Positions 9,144 to 17,880 of a stretch of 64,000 bases of DNA are shown here, one piece after another. The stretch is taken from contig CAWDML010000009.1 of NCBI GenBank assembly GCA_963803435.1, positions 588,954-652,953 of the forward strand, in the 5' to 3' direction. The notes beneath the pieces are model-generated. The model saw only the letters and a program-made list of their open reading frames with translations, was not told the origin of the DNA and made no database searches. A program made the translations under genes and the position numbers. Position 1 is the stretch's first letter, and the number at the start of each line of letters is the position of its first letter. This DNA is from an uncultured delta proteobacterium. GTDB lineage: Bacteria > Myxococcota > Kuafuiibacteriia > Kuafuiibacteriales > Kuafuiibacteriaceae.

Positions 9144-12121
9144 GGGAAGTGGAGGGTGCTCTCGCCGGTGCCGTCGACGCCGGTGCCGAGCTCGACCCTC
9201 TGGACCAGCGGATCCGCGTTGTTGGTGCTGCGCCAGATCGCGTCGTCGACCTTGCCGTCGATCGGGTTGCCCGAGAACGTGTAGCCGTCGGTGCCGCCGG
9301 CGTCGATGAAGACGCCGATCGAGGGGACCTTGCGCTTGGCGCTGCCGGGGTCGTCGCCCTCGAGGAGGCCGGCGCTGCCGATGCTGTAGAGGCTGGCAGC
9401 GGCGTACTGATCGTCACCGGCGTTGTCGACCAGGACGCCGATCCCGTTCGAGTTGCCGGAGCCGACGGTGATGCGCGAGCCGAAGTACATGTCGTCGCCG
9501 GACTCGTCGATGAGGAACACGGCGCTGTAGTCGTGGGCACCGGCGATCGTCACGTTCACGCGGGGGAGGTTCTGGCCGTAGGTGTCGTTGCCGCCGCCGT
9601 CGAGGAGCAGGCCCAGCGAGTAGTGGGCGGCGGAGGCCATCCCATACCAGAGGGAGTCGTAGGCGTCGTCGCCGGACTTGTCGGCGAGGATGCCGGTGCT
9701 GAACCAGAAGCCGCCGCCCTGGGCGAAGACGCTGCCCTGATAGCGATCGGCGCCCGCGCCGTCGATCAGGATTCCGACGCCGCCCGACATGAAGGCGCGA
9801 TCGGTGGTGTCGGCGCGCCGGCCGAAGCCGTAGCCCTGGCCGAGCGTGGTGTTGGCGCGGCCGGGGCGCTGGCCGCTGAAGTAGAGCGGATCGCCGCCGA
9901 CGGTCGGATCGCCCGGATCCATCAGGTAGTCGTCGTCGCCGTCGGTGTCGTAGATCAGGCCGACCGCCTGGGCGAACGCGAAGCCCTGGGCCATGGTGTA
10001 CGCCTCGCGGTGATCGTTGCCGCCCAGGTCGAGCAGCAATCCCAGCCCGAACGCGCCTGCGCCCTGGGCGACCGCCTCGGCGAGATAGGTGTCGTCGCCG
10101 CCGTCGTCGATCAGGACGCCCGTGCCGAAGATGCCGCTGCCCTGGGACATGCGGAGCGACTGGTAGTGGTCGTTGCCGCCGCCCAGATCCATCAGCACTG
10201 CCGTACCCATGCGCCCGCCGCCCTGCCGCGGGGTCTCGCTGAGGCTGATGGGGCCGTTGTCCATGTCGGGCGTGCTCCGGGGCTGGTAGCGCCCGCCGGC
10301 GTCCGAGGGGAGGCGCGCACCGTCGAGCATGTCGGGGACCTCGACGTAGCCGTAGTGGTCGTCGCCACCCAGATCGATGAGGACGCTGACCGCGTTGCTG
10401 CTGCTGGCGTTTCCGCCGGCCGGGACGCGGTAGGTGTCGTCGCCGCCCAGGTCGAGGAGCACGGCGAAGTCTCCGCCCGCCTCGGGATCGCTCGGATCGT
10501 AGATGCCGTTCTCGCCATCTCCGATCGCGATGCGTCCGATCGGCGTCGACTGCGAGAAGAGGAAGCCGGCGGTGGTGGCGGTGGTGGCGGTGGGGACCGC
10601 GGCGAAGCGGGCGAGGTCGGCGTCGGCGATCGCGTCGAGCAGATCGACGGCGCCGCCGTACATGTCGTCGTAGCCGAACGTCTGCGTCAGCAGTGTGCGG
10701 ACCGAGCTGTTCGCGGGCGCGAGGCCGAAGCCGTCGCGGCGCGGGGCCACGAAGGCGGCGCCGTAGTCGTAGAGCTGGCTGACCTGGGCGGCGTTGCCGA
10801 GCGCGTGGGTCCGAGCCACATAGGCGCGCTCGACGCCCTCGATCACGGTGGCGATCGCGATCTGCAGATCCATCGGGACGTCGGCGGCGTCGGCGCGGAG
10901 GGCGGCCAGATCGGGCGCGCCGCCGGCGGTGGTGATCAGCGCGGCCACGGCCTGCACCAGCGGTTCGGCCACGTCGATCGGCTGGGCGTCCTGCCGCACC
11001 GGCGGATGGTCCGCGAGCTGGGCCATCCGCTCGATCATGCGGGCCGCCTTCGCCGCCGGCGAGGCGGTGCCGTCGGCGGCGGTGTCGAGGTCGGCGATCA
11101 GGCGCTCGGCGAAGTCGGGGGCGCGCAGAGGCTCGTTGTGGACCGCGTCGTAGAAGGAGAAGCGGTAGGGATCGTTCTGTACGTCCGGCGGGACCAGCGT
11201 CCAGGCGAAGACGTCGAACAGCAGCGAGCACGGCGTCAACCCGACCTGCATGAGCGCCTCTTCGAGCAGATCGCGGGTCCCCGGCGCGCTCCCGGGGGGG
11301 AGGCGGCTCGCGTGGCAGGCGCAGCGATCGCTCAGACACACGTCGCCCCGGTGCGTGGTCCGGCAGGCGCGCTCGGCGTCGCATCCGGAGGCGGCGTCGC
11401 AGGCGAACGCGCAGACGCCCGGCAAACTGGGCTCGCTCCGCACGCAGATCGATCCGGGGAGCTCGCCGCAGTCGGTGTCGACGGCGCAGGGCCGCTCGCC
11501 GACGTCGTCGGTGCGCGCGCACATCTCCGCGGGCGCGACGTAGGTGGGATGGCAGACGTCGTCGCCGTCGTCGCCGGGGCCACACGCCCAGCCGGCGGGA
11601 CAATCGGACGGCATGGCGCAGGCGATCGTGCAGTAGCCGAAGTTGTGGAAGTCGCCCTCGCAGTGATCGGCGATCGGGAGGCAGGCCTCGGCGTCGCCGA
11701 TGCAGCGGGAGCCGAGGCCGATGCCACCCAGGCAGCTCGCGATCGGCGGCACGCAGAAGTAGGCAGGCGTGGCGCCGCCGCCCGTGACGTCGAGACACGT
11801 GAAGCCTTCGGTGCAGCCCTCGAGATCGGTGTCGCAGCGGTCGGAGCAGAACTGCTCGCCGGTGGACGCGCGCAGGCAGAGGGCCGCGTCGCAGGCGGCG
11901 CAGTCGGCGCAGGTCACCTCCGAGAAGCGGTCGGGCAGCACCGGGAGCGGTCCGGCGTCGATCGGTCCGGTGTCGACCTCGCCGGCGTCGGGGACCTCGG
12001 CGTCGGGCGCGAAGCCGAGGTCGGGCGGGCCGCTGTCCTTTTTCTGGAGGTCGTCGTCGCTCCCGCCGTCGCAGGCGAAGGTGGCGAGGGCGAGGGCGAG
12101 GACGGCGAGCGGTCGCACCAC
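9140..12121 (-). CDS. large secreted lipoprotein: N-terminal myxococcal-type Cys-rich repeats plus about 12 tandem Gly/Asp-rich repeats (consensus LhDxGGxDxY)
   Basis: GTG start. MVRPLAVLALALATFACDGG lipobox, about 250 aa Cys-rich region, then repeats such as LLDLGGDDTY, LIDLGGDDHY, LMDLGGGNDHY, LIDDGGDDTY, LLDLGGNDHR, LIDGAGADRY, LADKSGDDAY, LLDGGGNDTY, LIDESGDDMY, LVDNAGDDQY, FIDAGGTDGY. The frame is intact for 993 aa. Confidence 0.7.
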   Translation of the reverse strand: MVRPLAVLALALATFACDGGSDDDLQKKDSGPPDLGFAPDAEVPDAGEVDTGPIDAGPLPVLPDRFSEVTCADCAACDAALCLRASTGEQFCSDRCDTDLEGCTEGFTCLDVTGGGATPAYFCVPPIASCLGGIGLGSRCIGDAEACLPIADHCEGDFHNFGYCTIACAMPSDCPAGWACGPGDDGDDVCHPTYVAPAEMCARTDDVGERPCAVDTDCGELPGSICVRSEPSLPGVCAFACDAASGCDAERACRTTHRGDVCLSDRCACHASRLPPGSAPGTRDLLEEALMQVGLTPCSLLFDVFAWTLVPPDVQNDPYRFSFYDAVHNEPLRAPDFAERLIADLDTAADGTASPAAKAARMIERMAQLADHPPVRQDAQPIDVAEPLVQAVAALITTAGGAPDLAALRADAADVPMDLQIAIATVIEGVERAYVARTHALGNAAQVSQLYDYGAAFVAPRRDGFGLAPANSSVRTLLTQTFGYDDMYGGAVDLLDAIADADLARFAAVPTATTATTAGFLFSQSTPIGRIAIGDGENGIYDPSDPEAGGDFAVLLDLGGDDTYRVPAGGNASSSNAVSVLIDLGGDDHYGYVEVPDMLDGARLPSDAGGRYQPRSTPDMDNGPISLSETPRQGGGRMGTAVLMDLGGGNDHYQSLRMSQGSGIFGTGVLIDDGGDDTYLAEAVAQGAGAFGLGLLLDLGGNDHREAYTMAQGFAFAQAVGLIYDTDGDDDYLMDPGDPTVGGDPLYFSGQRPGRANTTLGQGYGFGRRADTTDRAFMSGGVGILIDGAGADRYQGSVFAQGGGFWFSTGILADKSGDDAYDSLWYGMASAAHYSLGLLLDGGGNDTYGQNLPRVNVTIAGAHDYSAVFLIDESGDDMYFGSRITVGSGNSNGIGVLVDNAGDDQYAAASLYSIGSAGLLEGDDPGSAKRKVPSIGVFIDAGGTDGYTFSGNPIDGKVDDAIWRSTNNADPLVQRVELGTGVDGTGESTLHFP

Positions 12122-12134
12122 GGAGACTCTACCG

Positions 12135-12350
12135 TCAGCCCGTACCGCCCAGGCTGTGATTCGTCTCTTCCAGATCCGGGGCCGGTGCTTCCAGGACCGA
12201 GCGCTTGAAATAGACGATCCGGTAGTTCGCCTTGTCGAGCAGCACGCTGACCAGCTCCCAGCCCTTCTCCCCGTGGAGGCCCAGGATCTCCTCGTCCACG
12301 TCGTAGTTCGACGCGGGGAGCACCAGGACCTTGTACTCGAACGTGGTCAT
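12135..12350 (-). CDS. DUF4177-like small protein (71 aa)
   Basis: MTTFEYKVLVLPASNYDVDEEILGLHGEKGWELVSVLLDKANYRIVYFKR. It lies 13 nt upstream of the large repeat-protein gene on the same strand. Confidence 0.5.
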   Translation of the reverse strand: MTTFEYKVLVLPASNYDVDEEILGLHGEKGWELVSVLLDKANYRIVYFKRSVLEAPAPDLEETNHSLGGTG

Positions 12351-12425
12351 TCCCCCGGAGGCTAGCCGCCCTTGAGGATGGCGTCATCTCCGTGGTCGGA
12401 TCGGGCCTCGAGGGCGCAGGACGCG

Positions 12426-13173
12426 GTGTTAGATCTCCACAATCACGTGCTTTTCGGCCTCGACGACGGCTGTCGCGCGCCCGCGGAGTCCCGCGCGCTG
12501 GCGGCGGCGGCCAAGGCGGCCGGGCACGCGGGGTTCGTGGCCACGCCCCACATCCGGCCGGGGATGTTCGACAACGATCCGGATCGGATTCCGCCGGCGG
12601 CGGGACGAGACGGCGCCGCTGGTGCGGGCCGAGGGGCTCGAGCTGTTCCTCGGCGCCGAGTACTACTTCGCCGGGGAGCTCCTCGAGGCGGCGCGCAAGA
12701 AGACGCTGCTGACGCTGGGGGAGTCGAGCCGCTACGTCCTGATCGAGTTTCCGCAAGACACCTTGCCGATGCGCTGGGAGCAGGTGCTCTTCGAGATCCG
12801 CACCCGGGGGTACGTCGCGGTGATCGCGCACCCGGAGCGATGCGCCGCGGTCCAGCGCGACCCGGACGATGTGCTCGAACGCCTCACCCGCACCGAGGCT
12901 CTCCTCCAGCTCGACCTGGGGAGCCTGATCGGTCACTACGGGAAAGCGGCGAAGAAGACCTCCGCCCACCTGGTGAAGCGCGGCGCGTATCACGTCGCCG
13001 CGTGCGACCTACATCGCCCCGAGGACGTGGCGGGCATCGTGGCGCCCGCGCGCGCCGAGCTCACCGCGCTCCTGAGGAAGGGGAAGAAGCAAGACAGGTT
13101 GACACTCCTGTTGGAGGTCAACCCACGGCGGATCGTGGCGGATGCAGCGCCTGACACGATCGAGCCCTTGTGA
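12426..13173 (+). CDS. CpsB/YwqE-like PHP-family protein-tyrosine phosphatase; +1 frameshift near 12591; start GTG 12426 or TTG 12429
   Basis: Frame 0: (V)LDLHNHVLFGLDDGCRAPAESRALAAAAKAAGHAGFVATPHIRPGMFDNDPDRI. Then frame 1: RRRRDETAPLVRAEGLELFLGAEYYF...YVLIEFP...VIAHPERC...AACDLHRP, which parallels CpsB (MIDIHSHIVFDVDDGP...ALIEF...VIAHIERY). An extra C at about 12591 separates the frames. Confidence 0.6.
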
Positions 13174-13185
13174 GATCATGAACCC

Positions 13186-13593
13186 GTGACGATGCGTCCG
13201 GCCGAGCGGCCGATGCCGCCCGAGCGAATCGGGTCGGCCACCGCCAAGATCGGTACCATCCAGCACTTTCGGTGGCTGAAGAACATCGTCTTCGCCACCC
13301 TGATCCTCAACGTCCTCGACGCGGTCTTCACGATGGTGTGGCTCTCGACCGGCGCGGCCACCGAGGCGAACCCGGTGCTCGCCGACATCGCGGAGCACGA
13401 TCCGGGTCTCTTCGTGACGGTGAAGTTCCTGCTGGTGGCGCTCGGCTCGCTCCTGTTGTGGATGAACCGCAAGCGGCCGGTGGCCGTGGTGGGGATCTTC
13501 GTCGCGTTTCTCGTGTACTACGGGATCCTGATCTACCACCTGCAGGCGATGAACCTGCACCTCTTGAGCCGCCTCCCTATTTGGTCACGGTAG
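13186..13593 (+). CDS. small integral membrane protein (3 predicted TM helices)
   Basis: GTG start; hydrophobic segments NIVFATLILNVLDAVFTMVWL, FLLVALGSLLLWM and VAVVGIFVAFLVYYGILIY. It lies 13 nt after the phosphatase gene. Confidence 0.5.
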   Translation: MTMRPAERPMPPERIGSATAKIGTIQHFRWLKNIVFATLILNVLDAVFTMVWLSTGAATEANPVLADIAEHDPGLFVTVKFLLVALGSLLLWMNRKRPVAVVGIFVAFLVYYGILIYHLQAMNLHLLSRLPIWSR

Positions 13594-16261
13594 CGGTGAA
13601 CGTCCCGGCGTTGCCGCCGTCGTCGGTCACGGTCAGCTCGAGGTGGTAGTCGCCGGCCGGGCCGCCTGCGATCGCCGGTGCGTCGACGCGGAAGCGCGCG
13701 CTGGTGTAGCTGCCGGCGGGCGACCAGGTGGGGGCGCCAGCGTCGTCGAACCCCGTGAGGCGGTCGCGGGCCTCGGTCACCTGCTCGAGCGTGGCGGTGC
13801 CGTCGATCGCCTCCGCCGCACCGCCCGCGGGACGGACCGTGCCGGCGACGCGCACCATGCTGCCGATCGGAACGGCGGCGCCGACCGCCCCGGGTGTCTC
13901 GATCGATCGCATCAGGAACGCGTTCAGCAGCGGTGGATCGGCGACGCGACCCTCGATGCCGTCGGCCGTCGCCGCGACGCCGTAGACGTGCAGCTTCTTG
14001 GACGCGACCACCTCGAACGACCGCGACGCGGTCTCGTAGTTGGTCACCGCGCCGTTCTTCAGCGCGAGCCCGTGCACGGAGAGCCGGTAGCGTCCGAGCG
14101 GGAAGTCGCGGCGCTCCTGCCAGCGGACGCGCCAGCGGTGCGAGTCGCAGTTCTTCCGCGAGCAGTGTCCCTCGTACATCACGATCATCTCGAAGCCGCT
14201 GTCGTCGTAGAGCAGGCCCCCCGGCTTGGTGACCGGGCCGAACGTGCCGCCGTCCTCCCGCTCCAGCACGATCACCGGAAGGTCCAGCCCTGGGTGACCG
14301 CCCGACCAGGCCAGCGTCACCTCGTCCAGGCGCTCCACCTCGGCCGGGATGTCCTCGAGGATCTCGGCGGGGTCGCCCTCGGTCTCGGTGAAGGGCACGG
14401 TCTGCCGCTTCTCCTCTGGATCGACCCAGTACATCGGCTTCAGGTTGCCGTTGGGCGGGAAGGTGCGGGCCTCTGGCTCCTTGGCCAGCTCGGCGGCGAT
14501 CTGGACCGAGCTCGTCACCAGGTAGGGCGCCAGCTTCCAGCCCCAGATGTCGCGCGACGGCTCGTAGCCGCCCTGGAACCAGTCGTCCTCGTTGAGCAGG
14601 TAGAAGTGGTGATCCTGCGAGTAGCCGAGCGTGACGGCGTCGGTGACGCCGGGGATCGCGTCCTTCACCCGGGCCGCCGCGTCGCGGCCGAACTGCGACA
14701 CGGGCTCACCGGGCATCGTCGGCAGGGCCAGCGTGCCCAGGCGCAGGACGGAGAGGTGCGTCTTCTGGAACTCGGGTACCGGATAGCCGCCGGTCAGACA
14801 CTCGATGCCGAACACGCAGGCGAGGTCGCCGTCGGAGAACGCGGTGCTCGGGTCTTCGTCCTCGAGATAGCCGTCGACGCACTGGAACGCGCCGTAGCGG
14901 AAGTAAGGCGGGGTGTCGTCGCAGCTCACGTCGGAGTCGTAGAACTCGCCGTCGCCGTAGCCGAGGATGTCGTGCGAGATGGGAATGCGGCCGTCGAAGA
15001 TCCCGACCTGGATCTGATCGCTGGTCTGGATCGCGTCGAGCTCGGGCTCCATCACGTCCCAGGCGCGCCGGCCGATCACCTGGAGCTGCTCCGCGTGGGT
15101 GTGTCCGCGATCCCCGCCGGAGGGCGACTGATCGCCGGCGTTGCCCTGGAGATAGAAGCCGAGGATCGGGTGGCCGTACTTCCGGCTCGCCTCCTCGGTG
15201 AGCGCCATCTCCACCCCGGTGCCGGCGTCGCCGGTGATCATGGGGTTGTCGTAGTCGAACACCGTCCCGTGCATGCCGAAGTTGGTGAGGAATGCGATCG
15301 GCTCGCCGCTGTCGTCGTCGACGCGCATCAGGAGCATGCGATCGTCCTTCTTCAGGTAGCCGGGGAGGTTGTCGTTGCGGTTGCGGCGGTCGTGGTGGAT
15401 GCGATCGTCGGGATCGAAGTCGTCGAGGACCACGTACCCGAGGCGAGCCGGCTGGAGATCGTCGAGGGCCATGACCACGGCGTCGGCGTACGTGGTGGTC
15501 ATCCGATCGAAGACCTCGTAGCTGAACTCGCCGTATCCGAAGAAGCCGAACGCCAGGCCGTCGACCAGGTGCCACCAGCGCGCCGGCAGCGAGTGGCTGT
15601 GGTTCGCGGAGGTGATCAGGTCGTCGAGGATGTTCACGCCGGTGCGCTCCTGCACCTTGCGCGCGGTGTCCGCGAGCATGAAGTCGGCGCTCCACGAGGT
15701 GGAGATGCGGAGGAGCACGGCGGTCTCCTTGCCGTCCGAGAAGACGATCGCGCGGGCGTCGGGCCGATCGAACCAGGCGTTGCTGCCCCCGAGCGTCTCC
15801 TGGTACGGCGTGCGCGGTCCGATGCGGCTGCCGTAGCCGGCCATGCTCACGCCCATCGGAAAGTCGAGCGGGACGCGGCCGAGGCCCACCATCAAGCGGC
15901 CGCGCTCGCCGCTCGGGAGGGGAGCGCCGTCGAAGGCGACCGGGTAGGGCGTGCAGACGCCGTTCAGGCAGTAGCCGTCGGAGGCGCAGTCGTTGTCGGT
16001 GACGCAGACGGGGAAGCAGCGGTGGCTGGCCTGGTCGCAGATGCACCGGTCGTCCGCGCAGATGGGAGCGGTGGCGCAGTTCGCACGCTCGAAGCAGGAG
16101 ACCGTCGGATGGCACTCGCCCAGATAGCAGACGCCGTCATGGTCGCAGTCCGAGTGATAGCCGCATTTGGCCTTCTCCGGCGGCTTCTGTACGTCGCTCT
16201 TGCAGGCCGTGGCGGCGAGCCCGACGAGCGCGGCCGCCCCTGCCCAGATCCCGAGACGCAT
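13577..16261 (-). CDS. neutral/alkaline ceramidase-family hydrolase lipoprotein with N-terminal Cys-rich repeats and C-terminal beta-sandwich region
   Basis: Lipobox LAATAC and Cys-rich modules (CGYHSDCDHDGVCYLGEC...). The ceramidase core shows the MGVSMAGYG, SANHSHS and NFGMHGT contexts. 894 aa, intact. Confidence 0.75.
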   Translation of the reverse strand: MRLGIWAGAAALVGLAATACKSDVQKPPEKAKCGYHSDCDHDGVCYLGECHPTVSCFERANCATAPICADDRCICDQASHRCFPVCVTDNDCASDGYCLNGVCTPYPVAFDGAPLPSGERGRLMVGLGRVPLDFPMGVSMAGYGSRIGPRTPYQETLGGSNAWFDRPDARAIVFSDGKETAVLLRISTSWSADFMLADTARKVQERTGVNILDDLITSANHSHSLPARWWHLVDGLAFGFFGYGEFSYEVFDRMTTTYADAVVMALDDLQPARLGYVVLDDFDPDDRIHHDRRNRNDNLPGYLKKDDRMLLMRVDDDSGEPIAFLTNFGMHGTVFDYDNPMITGDAGTGVEMALTEEASRKYGHPILGFYLQGNAGDQSPSGGDRGHTHAEQLQVIGRRAWDVMEPELDAIQTSDQIQVGIFDGRIPISHDILGYGDGEFYDSDVSCDDTPPYFRYGAFQCVDGYLEDEDPSTAFSDGDLACVFGIECLTGGYPVPEFQKTHLSVLRLGTLALPTMPGEPVSQFGRDAAARVKDAIPGVTDAVTLGYSQDHHFYLLNEDDWFQGGYEPSRDIWGWKLAPYLVTSSVQIAAELAKEPEARTFPPNGNLKPMYWVDPEEKRQTVPFTETEGDPAEILEDIPAEVERLDEVTLAWSGGHPGLDLPVIVLEREDGGTFGPVTKPGGLLYDDSGFEMIVMYEGHCSRKNCDSHRWRVRWQERRDFPLGRYRLSVHGLALKNGAVTNYETASRSFEVVASKKLHVYGVAATADGIEGRVADPPLLNAFLMRSIETPGAVGAAVPIGSMVRVAGTVRPAGGAAEAIDGTATLEQVTEARDRLTGFDDAGAPTWSPAGSYTSARFRVDAPAIAGGPAGDYHLELTVTDDGGNAGTFTATVTK

Positions 16262-16354
16262 GGCTCCTTATGGCCGCCCGGCCGCCCCCGCACCATCGGA
16301 TGCGAGGACGAGCGTCCACGGTCAATTCGCTTGCCAGGGCAGTCGGGGGGAGAC

Positions 16355-16660
16355 ATGCTCGCTGCCCGCATGAGCGTTTTGTACTGTCACAAGTGCGGCA
16401 ACCAGACGGAGCTGATCGACAAGGTCAAGCGCGCCGACACCTGCGAGCACTGCGGCGCCGACATGCACGCCTGCAAGAACTGCAAGTTCTTCGATCCCTA
16501 CGTCCACAACCAGTGCCGGGAGTCGACGACGGTCTGGGAGCCGGACAAGGAGAAGGCGAACTTCTGCACCTACTTCGTCCCGCGCGAGGGCGAGGCGGAG
16601 GAGTCCGAGGATCGGGATCAGGCCCTCTCCAAGCTCGAGAACCTCTTCAAGAAGAAGTAG
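16355..16660 (+). CDS. zinc-ribbon protein (about 101 aa, paired CxxC motifs)
   Basis: Only the 3' about 100 codons of listed ORF 13643..16660 look coding: MLAARMSVLYCHKCGN...CEHCGADMHACKNCKFF...C, with an acidic/Lys tail. ATG 16355 follows GGGGGGAGAC. Confidence 0.55.
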   Translation: MLAARMSVLYCHKCGNQTELIDKVKRADTCEHCGADMHACKNCKFFDPYVHNQCRESTTVWEPDKEKANFCTYFVPREGEAEESEDRDQALSKLENLFKKK

Positions 16661-16702
16661 TTTGCACCGATTGCGTCAGGTGATAAGAGCGTCGGCCCGA
16701 AG

Positions 16703-16776
16703 CGGTGGGGTAGCTCAGTCGGTTAGAGCGAGGGTCTCATAAGCCCTAGGTCGCCGGTTCGATTCCGGCCCCCACC
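16703..16776 (+). tRNA. tRNA-Met (anticodon CAU), elongator type; tRNA-Ile2 (lysidine) is also possible
   Basis: Hand-folded cloverleaf. Acceptor GGTGGGG/CCCCACC with a G1-C72 pair, so not an initiator. D arm GCTC-AGTCGGTTA-GAGC, anticodon arm AGGGT-CTCATAA-GCCCT, T arm GCCGG-TTCGATT-CCGGC, discriminator A. No encoded CCA. Confidence 0.85.
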
Positions 16777-16788
16777 ACTGTTCTCCTC

Positions 16789-17724
16789 GTGGAGGAGGTC
16801 CGCTACATCCGAACGCCCGACGGGGCGCGCCTGGCGCTCACCGAGATCCTCCACGGCGCACCGAAGGAGGGGCCCCGGTTCCTGCTCCTCCACGGCTTTG
16901 CCCAGAACCGCCTGGCCTTCACGCTCGGTCCGCTGCCGGACCTGCTGATCAGGCGCGGGGCCCGGGTGTTCGTCGGCGAGCTGCGCGGACACGGGCGGAG
17001 CCGGAGCCCCGAAAGCGGTGCCCGCCACTCCCTTGCAACCCACCTTGCGGTCGATCTGCCGGCGCTCATCCGTGAGATCGGCGCGCCGCTCCACGTGATC
17101 GGACACTCGATGGGCGGCCTGCTCGGCTACGCGATGCTGGACCGGCCCGAAGAGGGAGCGCTCGCATCGTTGACCACCATCGGGGCACCGGTGTTGCTCG
17201 GGCGCGGCCGCATGCTGGTGCGGTTGGCGGCGATCCTGACCGGCCCGCTCGGACGGCTCCCGGTGGACGAGCTGCCGATGGATCGCTTCCTGCGCCTGCT
17301 GTCCGTCATGCTCGCCCGGCCCAGCGCGACGGGCTCGATCCGCGCGCTCCAGCGGCTCACACGCCTGGCATCGCCCGAGCACGCGCCGCCCGCGGCCATC
17401 GAGGCGATCCTGGGTCACGCGGACCCGGCGTCGCCCGTGGTCTTCACCGAGCTGGCGCGGATGGCGATGGCGCGGGAGCCGACCGTGGCCGGTGTGTCGA
17501 TCGTTCGCGCGCTCCTCTCGTCCCCGATCCCGGTGGCGACGGTCGTGGGGAGCGAAGACATCTTCGGCGGCCGTCTCGCGGTGGCGCCGTTCGACGTGCC
17601 GGCGCAGGCCGGCCCCCGCCTGGTGCTCGAGGTTCAAGGCGCGACGCACGTCGACCTTACGATCGGGCATCACCTTCCCGAGACGGTGGCGCGCCTGTGG
17701 CCGTTCCTCACGGAAGGGCGTTGA
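16789..17724 (+). CDS. alpha/beta-fold hydrolase
   Basis: GTG start 12 nt after tRNA-Met. Nucleophile elbow VIGHSMGG, an HG box (LLLHGFAQN), and a C-terminal His region. Confidence 0.75.
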   Translation: MEEVRYIRTPDGARLALTEILHGAPKEGPRFLLLHGFAQNRLAFTLGPLPDLLIRRGARVFVGELRGHGRSRSPESGARHSLATHLAVDLPALIREIGAPLHVIGHSMGGLLGYAMLDRPEEGALASLTTIGAPVLLGRGRMLVRLAAILTGPLGRLPVDELPMDRFLRLLSVMLARPSATGSIRALQRLTRLASPEHAPPAAIEAILGHADPASPVVFTELARMAMAREPTVAGVSIVRALLSSPIPVATVVGSEDIFGGRLAVAPFDVPAQAGPRLVLEVQGATHVDLTIGHHLPETVARLWPFLTEGR

Positions 17725-17763
17725 CTTCGCGAAGGGCTTACCGTAGTCCACGAGGCTCCCACT

Positions 17764-17847
17764 GCGAGGGTGGCGGAATTGGTAGACGCGCAGGATTCAG
17801 GTTTCTGTGTCCGTATGGATGTGGGGGTTCGAGTCCCCCCCTTCGCA
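17764..17847 (+). tRNA. tRNA-Leu (anticodon CAG)
   Basis: Acceptor GCGAGGG/CCTTCGC, anticodon loop TTCAGGT, a long variable arm (TGTCCGTATGGATGT), T arm GGGGG-TTCGAGT-CCCCC, discriminator A. 84 nt. Confidence 0.85.
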
Positions 17848-17880
17848 TCGAGCCCCTGTTAGACGGAGCACCGGCGCCCG

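Noticed and set aside
9149-12208. 1019-aa plus-strand ORF and 794-aa minus ORF 9414..11798
   Set aside because: Antisense or alternate frames of the 993-aa repeat lipoprotein gene. Poly-Arg/Gly/Ala strings with no motifs.
12372-12425. Upstream TTG/ATG start extension of the phosphatase gene
   Set aside because: CpsB family proteins begin at the (I/L)D(I/L)HxH motif. The extension adds 18 non-conserved residues.
13643-16350. 5' about 900 codons of the 1005-aa ORF 13643..16660
   Set aside because: Antisense to the ceramidase. Only the last about 100 codons (the zinc-ribbon gene from 16355) look coding.
16703-16776. Initiator tRNA-fMet assignment
   Set aside because: Positions 1-72 form a G-C pair, and the anticodon stem has no 3 consecutive G-C pairs. 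Elongator Met (or Ile2) is more likely.
16703-17847. tRNA-flanked genomic island or integrated element
   Set aside because: I detected no integrase, no transposase, no duplicated tRNA 3' segment and no GC shift.
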